The notes beneath the pieces are model-generated. The model saw only the letters and a program-made list of their open reading frames with translations, was not told the DNA's origin and made no database searches. A stretch of 64,000 bases of DNA from Anolis carolinensis (lineage: Eukaryota), in assembly GCF_035594765.1 (NCBI RefSeq), contig NC_085846.1, forward strand, positions 10,465,190 through 10,529,189, read 5' to 3'. The position numbers and the translations under genes are program-made. Below, in pieces: positions 48,441 through 62,400 of the stretch (the first letter of the stretch is position 1; each line of letters opens with the position of its first letter).

Positions 48441-51400
48441 CCACTCTGTGGAACAAATTACGTCCAGTGAGGCAGATCCATCAATCAGACTGAGTTTGAT
48501 TGTGTTGGAGCAGTCAGGAAACATCACAGAAGATATGAAGCTTCCAAAAGTGACATTAAAACCAATACAACCAGATTCCATGTATCCTGACATTCCTCCC
48601 ATCCAACTTTTGCTTTCTCTTATCACTTTTTCAGGTCTCCAGGGACTTATGAACATTCATAAATCTTCCAGACTCACTTTCTCTCACAATCAGATTTTGT
48701 GAATTTTTGGTGAATTCAGATTAAACCTAAACTGAAATGAGATTTTTAGTGTGGACTATGGACTTCATCCCACTACTGGGGGAGAGCGGAGAAAATACAT
48801 GTTGAGAAACGCTTGGAAAAACACAGCGGGATGAAGTCCTATGATTACATCCCAAATCATTACACAGAATTATTATATCTGTCAGTATATGGTAATAATA
48901 ATATTACAGATGTTTATTACTTTGTCAACATATTCTACTCATCTATAGATTACCACACTATATTGTTAGTGCTGCTTTCCCACTTTAAATCCTATGGATG
49001 TCTCCTGTGGCATTTTGGAGTTTGTAGTTTAGTGTGAGACACAATACGTCTCTGGCTGAGATTTTTTAAGGGTCCAATTTAAAACACAAATCCCAGGATT
49101 CCACAGGAAGTAGACATAGGATTTAAATATAATGTGTAGTGTGATGATCTCCTATGGAAACAATTAGTCAGAAGGCAGTTCTTGAACGTCTTCCTGGATG
49201 GTGTCTTTTTGTTCATTAATGTATGAATAAACCATGACACAATTATTTTCTATGTATTAGATGGCATCCACCTTCATACAATCCGCTGCTTTTCCCCCCA
49301 GAGTGACAACAAAGTTCTACCAGCATGTCCTGGCCTTGGTGTTTGCCATCAATGAGATCAATGACAATCCAAAGATCTTGCCCAATGTCACTCTTGGATT
49401 CCACATCTACGACAGCTACTCCAATGCAAAGATGACTTATCGTACCACTTTGGATTTAATCTATAAATCACAACAGTTTCTTCCCAACTACCAATGTGGC
49501 ATCCAGAAAAATCTAGTAGCTGCTATTGGAGGACTTGATTCTGATACCTCCTTATATATGGCAGAAGTATTGGTCCCTTACAAGATACCTCAGGTAGAAT
49601 CTGTAGATGTGATTTAATTGCACTTATAGAATTTGCTCTTCCTGATTCTCTTTGGAAGCAAGTTCATAGATACATTTATTTGCAAATAGCCATAAAAGCA
49701 AAGGTGGGATGGAATAAAGAAAGGGAAAATGAGGGTAAAACAGATCTTGCAGCAGACGTTACTCTATATGGGGGTCCAGAGTATGGTACAAATGCATGAG
49801 ATGTTTCTTGACTGTAGTGTCACAATTGAGTGAAATTTGCAGCTCTAATGCTTCTTTAAGCATTATATATGATGCAGGGTTTCTGATAACTCCTACTAAT
49901 GTCTCAAAAGGTGTTCAGATATTAATTGTATTTCTGCTTTGAAATGGTTGCCTTTCTCCTTCTAGATTTCCTATGGCTCTTTTGAACCATCAGGGAGGTA
50001 TGAGACCGATTTGCCGCCCTTTTATCGCATGGTTCCCAATGAAGGCCTTCAGTATCAAGGAATTGTCCAGCTCCTTCTGCATTTCAATTGGAAATGGATT
50101 GGGCTCATAGTTATTGAGTATGAGAGTGGAGAACACTCCTTGATGACTCTGGAATCCATGCTTTCCCAAAATCAAATCTGCTTAGCTTTCACCGAAAGAT
50201 ATCCTCAAAATCCCCGGGTTTACCTTGGAATAAATGATATGATCAATGACATTCTCAATTATAGTCCACTTTTCATGGGCAGCACAGCCAATGCAGTGGT
50301 TATCGATGGGGACAGTGTGACCATAAGGACCCTGGCATATATCATATGGGGTAGAGCAGTGCTTTATTATCTTCTAGATCCTTGGAACAAGATGAAGACA
50401 TCCTCTGGGAAGGTGTGGATTACAACAGCCCAGATTGATTTCACATTTAATACCTTGCAAAAAGGCCTCAATATGCAAATGTTCCATGGTGCTATTTCCT
50501 TCGTAATTCACAGAAAAGAGGTTCAAGACTTCCAAGAATTTCTTCGGACTCTTGACCCAAACATGGCAAATGGAGATGGCTTCATCAGTGATTTCTGGGA
50601 ACAAGCATTCAATTGTTTGGTTTCTGGCACTACTGATCCTACAGGTTCAGATGATACATGTACTGGAGATGAGATGCTGGAGGACCTCACTGAACCATTC
50701 TTTGAAATGAGCATGACTGGCCACAGCTATAGCATCTATAACGCGGTCTATGCGGTGGCACATGCCTTGCACATCATATACTCATCTAGATCAATTCATA
50801 GAGTGATGGGTGATGGAGATAGGGGGAGACCTCTAAAAGTGGAGCCCTGGCAGGTAATGTCTTCTCGAAAACCATATGCTGATGTGGTGTGAAGTGGTCA
50901 AGCCATCGGTATGCCATTTCCCAAACCTATTTGAATTATCTCAGTTGGAGTTTATAAACCTCTTTCTCTTTTTTCTACCAAGCTCCACTCTTGGCTTCAG
51001 AGGGTTTCATTCAATAACAGTGTGGGAGATGAAATTACACTCAATGAAAAAAGAGAATTAGCAGCAGGATTTGATGTCACAAACTTGGTCACCTTCCAAA
51101 ACGATTCCTACCAGAGAGTCACAGTTGGAAAGTTGGATCCCAAGGCTCCTCCAGGGAACGAGCTCATCATTGACGAAAAGAAGATCCATTGGCATAGAGA
51201 CCTGACGCAGGTAGGGAAATGGCCATGCTTTGTTTTATAAACTATGGCCACCCCCTAAAGTGGCAAGAAACTGCATTAATTCTACAGTGTAGATGCCTTT
51301 AAAAATGTGCACACACACGCTTTGGTCAAGTTGAATCATTGTGGGATTTTTTTTGGTTATGTGTCTTCACGTTGTTTCTGAGCTATGGCACGATTTCATC

Positions 51401-53541
51401 GAAGGGGGCTGGAAGAGTATGACTTGTTCAAGGTCATCCAGTGTGTTTCAATGGCTGAGTGAGGATTTGAACTCTGGTCTCTAGCATCATAATTCAAATA
51501 CTAAAAGCAATAAACCACACTGGTCATAATCATTGCTCCTGTATCTATCAATCCTAAAACCCTAAATGTAAAGTATTTTTTGTTTATGGATAGGTGCCCC
51601 CCATTTCTCTGTGTAATGACTTCTGCCGACCTGGTTATCAAAAGATCAAGAAGGAGAATGAACAACACTTTTGCTGCTATGATTGTATTCCATGTGAGGA
51701 AGGGAAGATCTCAAATCTGAATGGTAAGTGAAATAATATATGGTCAACAACTTTAGAAAGGCAAGGAAAATGTACCTAGGAAACTGAGTTGAGCTTTGAA
51801 AGGATGGGTGCATCTACACTATAGAATTGACACCACTTTAACTGGCACTGCTCAAAGCTATGCAATACTTGCAGTTATGCTTTATCCTTCTCTGTTGCAT
51901 TATGGGATTTGTAGTTTGATGAAATCATGCTATTTGTAGCTTGGTGAGGCTCTTCTTTGGCATAGAAAGCTAAAAACCTTGCAAAACTACAACTTCCAGG
52001 AATCCAAAGCATTGAGCCATAGCAACTAAAGTGGTGACAGACCTGCATTCATTCTACAGTGTAGATTCACTCGATATCAAACACCAGCTCTACATTAGTG
52101 ATATGAATTTCAAAACTATTATTTTGAGATCAATACTATACGGTACATGACCCTATACAAATTACCTTAGCATGTCATGACATTTTTATTGTTTTCTGGG
52201 TAACTGTCATTATTGTTTACACTGGAAGTTTTAGAATCATTACCAAAAAGCTCTGTTTTTAAATCTGTCTGCAGCTGGCTGACAAAAGGAGATTTCCTTT
52301 CTCCTTTCCGCTAACCCCAAAATAATACTAATAATATATGAGATTTTTCCAAAATTGAAAAGCACGTCTCAGCCTGAAAAAAATAATCCCCTCAGTCCAT
52401 AACACTAGTCTGTGATGTCAGTATTAACATCTAATATTACTAATATGGGTGTCAAAATATCTACCATTAGCTTGCCACAGTTCCTTGTCCCCACGCCACC
52501 TTGCATCTCAAAGTTAAGGTAAAGCCTCTACTTCCTATTTGACACCAGGAACAATAGCCTCCAATTGAGCAAGAGCAACAAAAATTGCACTGAGACACTT
52601 AAGTTCTTCATTCCACAGATATGGATGCTTGTATTAAATGTGCAGAAGATCAGTACCCAAACCTGGATCAGAATGGATGCATTGCCAAGGGAGTAAGCTT
52701 TCTGTCTTATGAAGATCCTCTGGGGATCACTATCACTTTGTGTGCCCTCTTGTTTTCCTTTATCACCTCTTTGGTACTTGGAACTTTTATTAAGCACAAA
52801 GATACTCCCATCGTCAAAGCCAACAACCGAAGTCTCAGCTACACGCTCCTCATCTGCCTACTCCTCTGTTTCCTCTGTCCATTGCTCTTCCTTGGCCAAC
52901 CTGGGAAAGTGACCTGCCTTCTGAGACAAGTATCCTTTGGTATCACCTTCTCCGTGGCACTTTCTTGCATCTTGGCTAAAACTATCCTAGTGGTTCTGGC
53001 ATTTTTAGTCACCAAGCCAGGATCCAGGAAGAGCAAATGGGTAGGGAAAAGGCTGGCAGCGATCATTGTCCTTTCCTGCTCCTTTATTCAAACAGGTATT
53101 TCTGCAGTTTGGTTGGGATTCTCGCCTCCTTTCCCAGAGGTGGACATGAGATCCTTCAAAGAGGCGATCATATTGGAATGCAACGAAGGATCTGTTCTTA
53201 TGTTTTATTGTGTCTTGGGTTTGATGGGCTGTTTATCGGCGGTCAGCTTCACTGTAGCCTTCCTGTCTAGAAAGTTACCTGACAGTTTCAACGAAGCCAA
53301 GTTCATCGCCTTCAGCATGTTGGTTTTCTGCAGTGTTTGGGTGTCCTTTATTCCAACCTACTTGAGCACCAAGGGCAAATACATGGTGGCTGTGGAGATC
53401 TTCTCCATCCTAGCCTCCAGCGCTGGGTTGCTAGCTTGCATCTTTTTCCCCAAATGCTACATCATATTGTTGAAACCTGAGATGAATCACAAGGAGTATC
53501 TAATTAAGGGGAAGAAACGAAGAAGCTATAAGTCCACTTGA
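48157..53541 (+). CDS. Vmn2r: V2R gene F, intact (~890 aa), divergent subfamily on the opposite strand; exons 48157-48368, 49302-49593, 49966-50853, 50983-51210, 51594-51723, 52619-53541
   Basis: [12 protein letters not shown] signal peptide, [59 protein letters not shown], 7TM; canonical splice sites; summed CDS 2673 nt, open. Confidence 0.93.
48381..48438. repeat. (TTA)n microsatellite just inside intron 1 of gene F
   Basis: Direct reading; starts ~12 nt after the donor at 48369. Confidence 0.95.
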
Positions 53542-54347
53542 TACTCCTCTTGTAAACATTTTTATCATTGTTTAACTATCATTTCAACGTCAATCTCTCT
53601 GAGTCGCCAAGACATTTGTTACCAAACTTTTTTGGCCATGAAACTCTTCAGAAGACATTTATTCTCCACAAACCCTAATTCTCTTCCTGAATCGTTTAAT
53701 CAAAAATATATTCTAGATTATTTTACACTAATGTAAATGTGTCTCCCATTTTCTTAAATAATGTCTAGTCTTTGAATAAATCTTCTTCTGGTATTTTACA
53801 AATAATTCCAAATATGTTTTATCCCAAAAAAACTATACAAGAAAATAAATTTTAAAAAGAAACATGAATGTGAAAGACTCACTGCATATGAATAACATTT
53901 GTCCAAATTGCAAATAAAATGTTGAAAATGCATAGCAGGCAACTACATACCTGATAGTGATAGTTGTAGTGCAAAAGAGCAGTTATGAAGACTGTAAATC
54001 AAATAGTTGGACTTGTGTGGTTTTATTTTAAAATCCATTTCAAATTTAAGATTTTGTGCAGAACCCCTATAATGCTTTAACACAATTTGGGAACCTCTGA
54101 AATTGGGAGATCTCTCCTTCATAGTGTCACCATGAGGTGGAGTCGACATGACATTAGTTCACAAAAGCAACAACAATACTGAATAAAATTCTCATAAATC
54201 CATTGCTGTTGCCACTCTTGATTTACAAACCTCATAAATTCATTAATAATTGGGGATGCTTGTAAACCTGATCAGAACAGGTTTTATGGTTTTCCTGGGA
54301 ATAAAAGGAAATCCACTTCCAGGACAGAGGGTGGGTTAGAAATAAAG

Positions 54348-54395
<48 letters not shown>

Positions 54396-54988
54396 GACAC
54401 CACGACACAGTATGACACAGCAAACAAGATAGATATGCTGGATTTCATATCACAAAATCACAAGTCGAACACTTCCCAAGCGTTTAGGACTGTGTAATGT
54501 ATTTTCGGATGATGCGTGCAGATCCCAGTAAGGTGGCCTTTTGCAGTTGACAGATCGTAATTTTGTCAATGTTTATTGTTTCCAAATGCCAGCTGAGATC
54601 TTTTGGCTCGACACCCAGTGTGCCAATCACCACTGGGACCACCTGTACTGGTTTATGCCAGAGCCTTTGCAGTTCGATCTTGAGGTCCCGATAATGGCTG
54701 AGTTTTTCCTGTTGTTTTTCATCAATCCAACTGTCACCTGGGATGGTGACATCAATAATCCAAACTTTTTTCTTTTCCACAACCGTGATGTCTGGTGTGT
54801 TGTGTTCCAGAACTTTGTCAGTCTGGATTCGGAAGTCCCACAGTATCTTTGCATGTTCATTTTCCAATACTTTTGCAGGTTTGTGATCCCACCAGTTCTT
54901 TGCTGCTGGAAGGTGGTACTTGAGGCATAAGTTCTAATGAATCATTTGGGCCACGTAGTTGTGCCTCTGTTTGTAGTCTGTCTGTGCA
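54396..54988 (-). mobile_element. R4/Dong-clade non-LTR retrotransposon 3' fragment (restriction-like endonuclease domain)
   Basis: LWDFRIQTDKVLEHNTPDITVV...IIDVTIPGD...EKLSHYRDL...VPVVIGTLG...LQKATLLGS (PD-(D/E)xK REL-type); embedded between (ATT)n arrays at 54348-54395 and 54989-55042. Confidence 0.82.
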
Positions 54989-55044
<56 letters not shown>

Positions 55045-56413
55045 AGGAGAGAAAATAAAACCAATTCTGGGGAAAACCGTGTGAGCATTCCTTTCTGATT
55101 CTATGCATTTATAGTAAAATTAATGTACCCATAAAATAAGATGTAGCAGGATTTCTAAGCATTTGTGCACTATATGCCATACCCTGAAAATAAGTGATAG
55201 GCATGGCTATGCAGCATACAATGACCTGTCAAGTCCCTGTCATTCTGTGTGTGCTGCAAGCTGAGGCATAGAGGGAGACATAGAAAATAAAAGTCTCCGT
55301 GAAGTGAAGAGCAGGACGCTTTACTTATTGTGTGTCCTCAGGGGGGAGAAGTAAAGCTGTGGCTACCATTTTACTCTGCACTGTGGCTCTCTCTCCCCCA
55401 GCACCAACCAGCAAAAGTCTGAGGGTCTCTCTCATCTCCCACAAACACCAATAAAGCTGCTGCTCCCCAGCACTGACCAACAACAGTGGGTCTCTCTCAC
55501 CCCACACAAACACCAGGGGATAGGGGGAAAACTTCAGCAAGCAGTCTGCTACTGAACCCAGAGAGATCATTTCATAAATGCATATTGTTGTACCATACTT
55601 AATAAAAATAAGACATCCCCTGAAAATATGCCATAGTGTGTCTTCTTGAGGAAAAATAAATAAGTCAGTGTCTTATTTGGGGGGAAACGCGATAGTTCAA
55701 CACCACTTTGATTACCATCACTCAATGCTGTGGGATCCTGGGAGTTGTAGTTTGGTGGGGCATTAGATCTATTTAGCAGAGAAGCTGAATACCTTTTAAA
55801 ACAACAACTGCTGTGATTCCATAGCATTGAGTCATGGTAGTGAAAGTGGTGTCAAACTGCATTCATTCTTCACTGTAGATGCACCCCTGATAATTCCAGT
55901 CTATATCCAGCATTATTATCTTCTTTTTTGGTTATATCACAGCAACACTCCATGGGGACAAAACACCACTCCTGGCTTGATTACTTGATCTCACAATTTA
56001 TTCCTACCTTCCTATGTATTAACATCCATATTTTACAATATTCATATACCCTGTATCTCTAGCTGAAATGAAAACTCCTGTCATCAGCAAACTTTTTTCT
56101 TGCTAACCAGAAGCAGGCTGGAGGCTGATGTAAGGAACATAGCAACAAAAGAGGAATTGCTGATGTGATCTACATCTGTTGATGCTTCCAGTCAGCTGTC
56201 CCCAAATACTTTCTTTTTCAAGCACTGGGGTCCATCAGATCCGTGGCTGGCTTCCCTTTCAGACAGGCCTTTCCCAGCAGTGTGATTTTGTAAATCTGTA
56301 CTTCGTGACTAGTCTCAGAAGTCATTTAATAGCAGTGTGATCTGTTTTGGAAAGGATACACTGAAGGGCAGCCTCTGAGAAATCGTAGCCGGAGAGAAAC
56401 TTCAAATCTTACA

Positions 56414-59400
56414 ATGGACATTAGTCTTGTGCTTTCCATCCTAGGTATGTTGATGTTTGTTTGAAATTGTCCCTTTCGTTTCTTCTTACTAACTTCTTAC
56501 TAATCTTTTTCTATCATCTCTGTATTATGAAAACAGGTTTAAAAAAAACACCATAAAGACATAAAAATGTCCTTAGATGTAGCAAGTAGCATAGAAATTA
56601 ATGAAAATATGGTGGTGGAGGAGATGAAGGTGGTAATGGAGAAGGGGTTAAAAATAATAATCAAAACTTCATCTTGTCCATTTTTTAATATTTAGCATAT
56701 AAAGTATTTATATGCATAGGCAGATACTTTAGGTTAATCGTTCTCTCTGCTTTCTTGTTAGTACCTGGAAACCTGCTGATTGCTTATTCTGTCATAAGGG
56801 TCACCTTTGAGCTATTCAACAGTGGAACTCAGTGATCCTTCCTTGGAGGTTTTTAAACAGAGACTGGATAGCCATCTGTTTGGGGTGCTTTGATTGTGCT
56901 TTTCCTGCATGGCTGAAGGTTGGACTAGATCGCCCATGTAGTCTCTTCCAACTCTAGGATTCTATGATCCTATGATTCTATGTAGGCGTGAATCACTTAC
57001 ATAGAGTGTCGAGGCTAGTCCAGCCCCCTGCCATGTAAGAAAATCACATTCAAAGTACTCCTGAGAGATGGCTATCCAGCCTCTGTTTAAAAGCCTCCAA
57101 AGAAGGAGCCCATACAATTAATGATAAAAAGTGTTATCAACTGAACTGTGCTAGGAGCTGGCCCTTTGAAAACAAAATACCCCGTCTGGAACATCTGGAA
57201 AGTTATCTTTGCAGCTTAAGCTTTTAGTCTTTGCAAATAAACTCTTCTTCTCCAGTTTCTTTCTATCTTCCAGCTGTGATGCACATTGTGGTCCTGCAAG
57301 GAGCATCTTCAGGTAACCAGATGTCTTCTCATTATTCTTTTTGCCATTTCTGGTTAAATTTAGAGAAGTGATGCCCTCTTTGACGAGGAACTTTGTTGGG
57401 TTTGGTTCAGCCATGGGCTTAGAAACTCAGACCTGCCCATGCCTGGACGACCATAAGAAGCCACATTGTATTAGATCACCCTATTTGTCACCGGATCTCT
57501 TCCTATTTTCTACTTTGACTGGCAGTAGTTTTTAGGTTCTCAGGCAGAGAGTCTTTTGTCTTCAGCGGCTATTTGAACCTTCCAGGGACTAAATTGTCCA
57601 AGAGTTGAAACTGTGATCTTCTATATACCAGACATTTTTTCTTTCACTGACTTCCAGTCCCTTCTCATATACAGAACTCTGTATAGAAGTTACATCTTAA
57701 TAAGTGAACTTCAGTATTCAGGGATTAGAATTGAGTAGATTCATAATGTTCATATCCAGTAGATGTCTGCTGTCACATGTTTCAAAGCCAACAAAGTGAC
57801 AGTTACACAGCAAAACACATGGGACTATTGTGTATTGGGCACCAGTGCTTATCAAAGCTCACAGGCACTTTTGCAAATATCCTAATGCATGTTTTTGCAA
57901 TTAATTAACAGGATTTCTTAGCACATGGTAGTAAAAGTTACCGGGCTCCCATGTATACCAAAATACACATATGCTTGAGCCATGGAAGTTGGGGTGCTGT
58001 CAGAAAGGGATTTCCAGAATGTAGAACATGTACTGAAGCTGGATGTGAAACCTAACTTTGTTGCCTTCCTTTCTGAAGCTCTGCACCCCCCAAAAATCAC
58101 TGTCAAGCCCCAATATCCTGAATATTTTGAAGGCGAGAAGGTTAAGTTCAGGTGCTCAGGATTGAAAAATAGGACTGTTGAAGAGTATAGGTTCTTCCAT
58201 AATGATGGGCAACAAATCCACAGAATGCCCCCTGATCCTTATCGAGAGGGCAGCATGGCTTTCAACGTTCAATTGACCAGCACTGGAAATTACACCTGTG
58301 ACTACTGGATGAAGAAAGATGGTACAAGGGTCATATCAGCATCAAGTGACACCATCTCCCTACATGTAACAGGTAGGTTTCTCTTTCTAAGGTTATTGAT
58401 GGCCCATGCCATCATACAGTAATGTAAGCAAATTCCTGTTTTAACCCCCCCCCCCTCCCTTTATCACAGCTTATTGAAGGCCAAAGGTGGGACTATCTAT
58501 GACTTCATTTGTTGTTGGACTACACCTCTTATCACTATTGGTTATTGGTAATTCTGGTGGAGTCAGAGCCCCAAAATGTGAGGGAGGATCCTGGTTTTCT
58601 AATTGTCATCCTTGTGGTCTACTCATTAGGTATGTGAAGAATAGTCACACATTTTCAACTCCTCAACTAAAAATCATCCCTCAATATGTTGGGACACTGA
58701 CCAGTGCAGGAAACCTTTAGTGTAGCACACATATGTGGACCTATGGTATGCTAAGCCATATAGCTCCCACCGTACTGTAAGACTCACACAGCCATGCCAT
58801 GTTTCAGTAGGAGGTGAGAAGCACTTCTCCATCATAAAATGAACAAAAGAATGTTGAGATCCCTAGATGACCCAGAGAGATCTCAGCACTGATATTATCA
58901 ATGTGCACCTGGCTGTAGGAATGAAACCAGACATTCTCCGCTCTTGCTTTCTCACCACAAAGCAAGTCATGGTCATGTGGGAGTTAGTAATTCATTGCCA
59001 ACCTATGGTGACCCGAAGGTGAACCTATCATAGTTTTCTGGGGCTAAGATTTTATGATTTACCCAAAGTCAATCAGCTGAGCAGAATTCATAGTCCAATG
59101 CTCAACAAATATGCAATACGGGGCGCAGAAATAACAGGCACAGGTTTAACTCCACTATAGCAAAAATCACATTTTAACCAAGATATTGCAACATGATAAA
59201 TACATTTATTAGGGAAAAATTCAGGAAAAACCCATACCGTTTTCAGTGCTGATTTTCAGACAGCCTCCATTCCATTTTTTTGGGACCTTCCAATAATTTG
59301 GAGGGGGAAAATACTGTTTCTCATTCAGCATGTGCTCCATTTCATCCAAGTCAATTCAAGCCCCGTCGCCCGTCCCATTTCCCGAGGTTCAGATTTAGGA

Positions 59401-62400
59401 ACTGCTGGTATTCCCAGATCCCATTTTGAAAAATGGTACCGTGCACACCCCTAACGTGGAGGCTGCACCTCCACATTTATGTCAACCAATGCTACCCAAA
59501 AAAAAAAAAACCTTGTAAGTAGCAACATGCAATGTCCAACATGGTCATTTATGTGTTTTTTGGAGAATGGAGAGATGAATCTTTACAATGAACATCTGTG
59601 CCCTTTTAACACTTTTGTTATGTTGAGGGACAACCCAAAATGCTAAATGTCCCCTTTTCTCTCACGCTCCCCTTTTCCCAATGTTATATTGCACATTCTT
59701 GCAAAAGATTAGCTCATGATGCATTTTGTCAAAGTAAAATTCCCCAGCAACCCAAAATGAAAAATTAGCTGACCTGTGCTTTCATTTTTAACAATCCAGA
59801 AACAGCAACAAGTCGTTTCCTTTTAAAACCACAACAAAGTAAACATGTTACTGGGAACTAATAAAAATAATGCAAGAATGTAGCAGCACAGGCTGACCAC
59901 TAGATGACGAGCGAAACAGCATAGGGGAAAATTATGGAGCCCTTCTGGCTTTTCTGGCAGTTTTCCTCGCCAAAGCTAGCAATTTAAATTCCAATCAATG
60001 TGAATGCACACAACAATAACAACAACAACAACAATGTGGCCACTGTTGCACACATATTTAGAATAGAAAAGTGAAGCCTCTTGGTGTCTCTGGAAATGTC
60101 AGTTTGAGGCTTTTATCTTCCCTGTTTAACTCCAGCGGCCCCTGTATTTCCATCTCTCTCTCTGAAACCCTTGGGAGACTGGGTCAACCTAGAATGTACC
60201 GTTCCACCTGAAGCAAAGGATGTCAAAGAATTCCAGTACTGTGGTGGAAGGACATGCATCTTATCCATGATGGTGAATGGAAGCAGCCACACGCATGGCA
60301 TAAACATCACAGAACCAAAAGATATGGGGGAATGCCGCTGCCGTTATGTCCTACAACTTGCTGGGAGGAGAGTAGCTTCTAAGTGGAGTAATCCTGTCTC
60401 CATTGATGTTGCAGAACTACGTAAGTTTTGGGTTGTTTCAAACAACCTCCTTCCTGTATATTAGAGATTTTCCAGAGTGGAATAGCCTGACTTGGAGGAT
60501 GGTGGGGTCTCTTTCTTTGGAGGCCTTTGAACAAAGGTTGGATGTCCATATTTCAGGAGTGCTGTAGGATATGACTACATGGAGCAAGTTAATCCAAACA
60601 GTACCCACTGAATCCGGAGCCATGTCTACAAATTGCCCCCTTACTGGACTTTCCCTTTGTCCCAGTGCTGCTGCCACTGCTCCCCACTGGCCGTGGAGCT
60701 CCCTACAAGCAGCTGGCCATCATCTGGTCTAGTGCCTTGAAACCATGTATTAGGATACTGCTTTCTAAACATCAGAGATGTCCAAGAATGAGATAGGCTG
60801 ACTTGGAAGACGGTGGAGTCTCTTTCTTTGAAGATCTTTAAATGAGATTGGATGTAAGTGCTTTAGGGAACATCTATGTGTGATGCACCCAAATCCAGGA
60901 AATTTGGGGCCTGAAGCTTCACCATATCCAGAGCATATCTCTTGAATCTGGCCATGTGTCTAAGTGGTCCAGACGATTCCTTTGTTGGCCCATCCCTATG
61001 TTGCTGCTGCCATTCCCAGTGGGCATGGAGCTCTCTGCAATCACCTGACCACCATTTCACCATGTGCCTTGAGCCCCTATATCAGGAGGAAATTAAGTAA
61101 ATAATAAATCAACCGTCTTTTGTCAGATCTGCTGAGATCATAATGAGACACCTGTGTGATCAGCAAACAGAGGATAGAGTGACCCCCTTCCTTCTTGCTG
61201 GTAACATGGGTACCCCATTCTGACAACATCAGGCATGACCGCAATGGCCAAGTGCTCACAAGGAGCCTTATGGCCCACAGACATTGGCAGTGGCAACACA
61301 GGGACAATCTGCCTTCTTTTCCTATACTGATCAGCACAAAGAAAGGGTGATGGCTGCAATATCCATCTGGATGGTAGACCTGTCAAAACAAACCCAATAT
61401 TGCTATCCAGACAGCTGGATCCTCCAACTTTCCCAGAAGCAGAGCAGAAAATCCAAGATACACTCCAGTAGTAGCTGGGCATTGTATAGTCTGCCAGTGC
61501 TGTATTTGAGGTGAGTTCAGGGGTTTTTATTTGTGCAGATAAGCCTTTAGTTTGTATTCTTGCATAGCAGGGGGTTGGACCTGGTATGCTTTTCAGTCCA
61601 ACTCTAAGATTCTATGATTCATTTAAAACGGTTAATAGCTTTCTAAAGTATGGTTGCAAAAAAAAAGAAACCACCCAAATGAAGGCCCAAACAAGGGGGA
61701 AATACATGATCATATACAGTAATACAAGCTGACTGTATTACCAAAAATGCATTTTTTTAAAAAAAATGGCATCTATAAAAATGCACATTCATATGCAGTG
61801 AAAGCCATTGAATAATACATGGAGTATGTTTATCTTTCCAACCTTGCAGTCAGTGTTTTTGCAGAAGGAAAAGGAGGTTTTTTTAAAAAAAAAAATTGTA
61901 CATCAACAAATGCCAAAAATAATTATGATCAAAATTAGTATGTAGTAATACATTCACCATGGTGTAGTGGTTTGAGCATGAGACAACAACTCTGGAAATC
62001 ATATACCTTGGACAAGTCATACCCTCTCAGCCTGGAGGAAGACAAGGGTAAACCCTTTCTGGACAGATTTTGCCAAGAAAACCCCATAATGGGGTTATTT
62101 TAGGGTTGCCGTAAACCAAAAAGACCAAAAGGATATTGGCAAGAATGACAAGAAACAATATGTCCAATCCAAAAGGAGTAACCACTGATGTGCTAACAAT
62201 CTTTCTCATGCCAAGTCAATATGGAATCATATAGACTACCAAAAAGGAGTAACTGGTGAACCCATCTAAATCATATGTTACCAAAAGCATTATCAGTATT
62301 ACATTCCCAACGTTTAGATGAAGGCAATTTATTTCAATTAAAAACTCATAATGGTATACAATGCACTTGAAACATCACCTGGATCCAACATAGCTTTAGG

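Noticed and set aside
57982-58078. N-terminal part of ORF 57982-58422 as the start of the Ig protein
   Set aside because: No signal peptide; it is intronic sequence ending in a polypyrimidine tract and AG at 58077-58078.
60465-61075. Degenerate ~300-bp tandem duplication in intron 4 of the Ig gene as additional exons
   Set aside because: Each unit starts with CR1-tail-like sequence; no open phase-1 exon with Ig or stalk features found.
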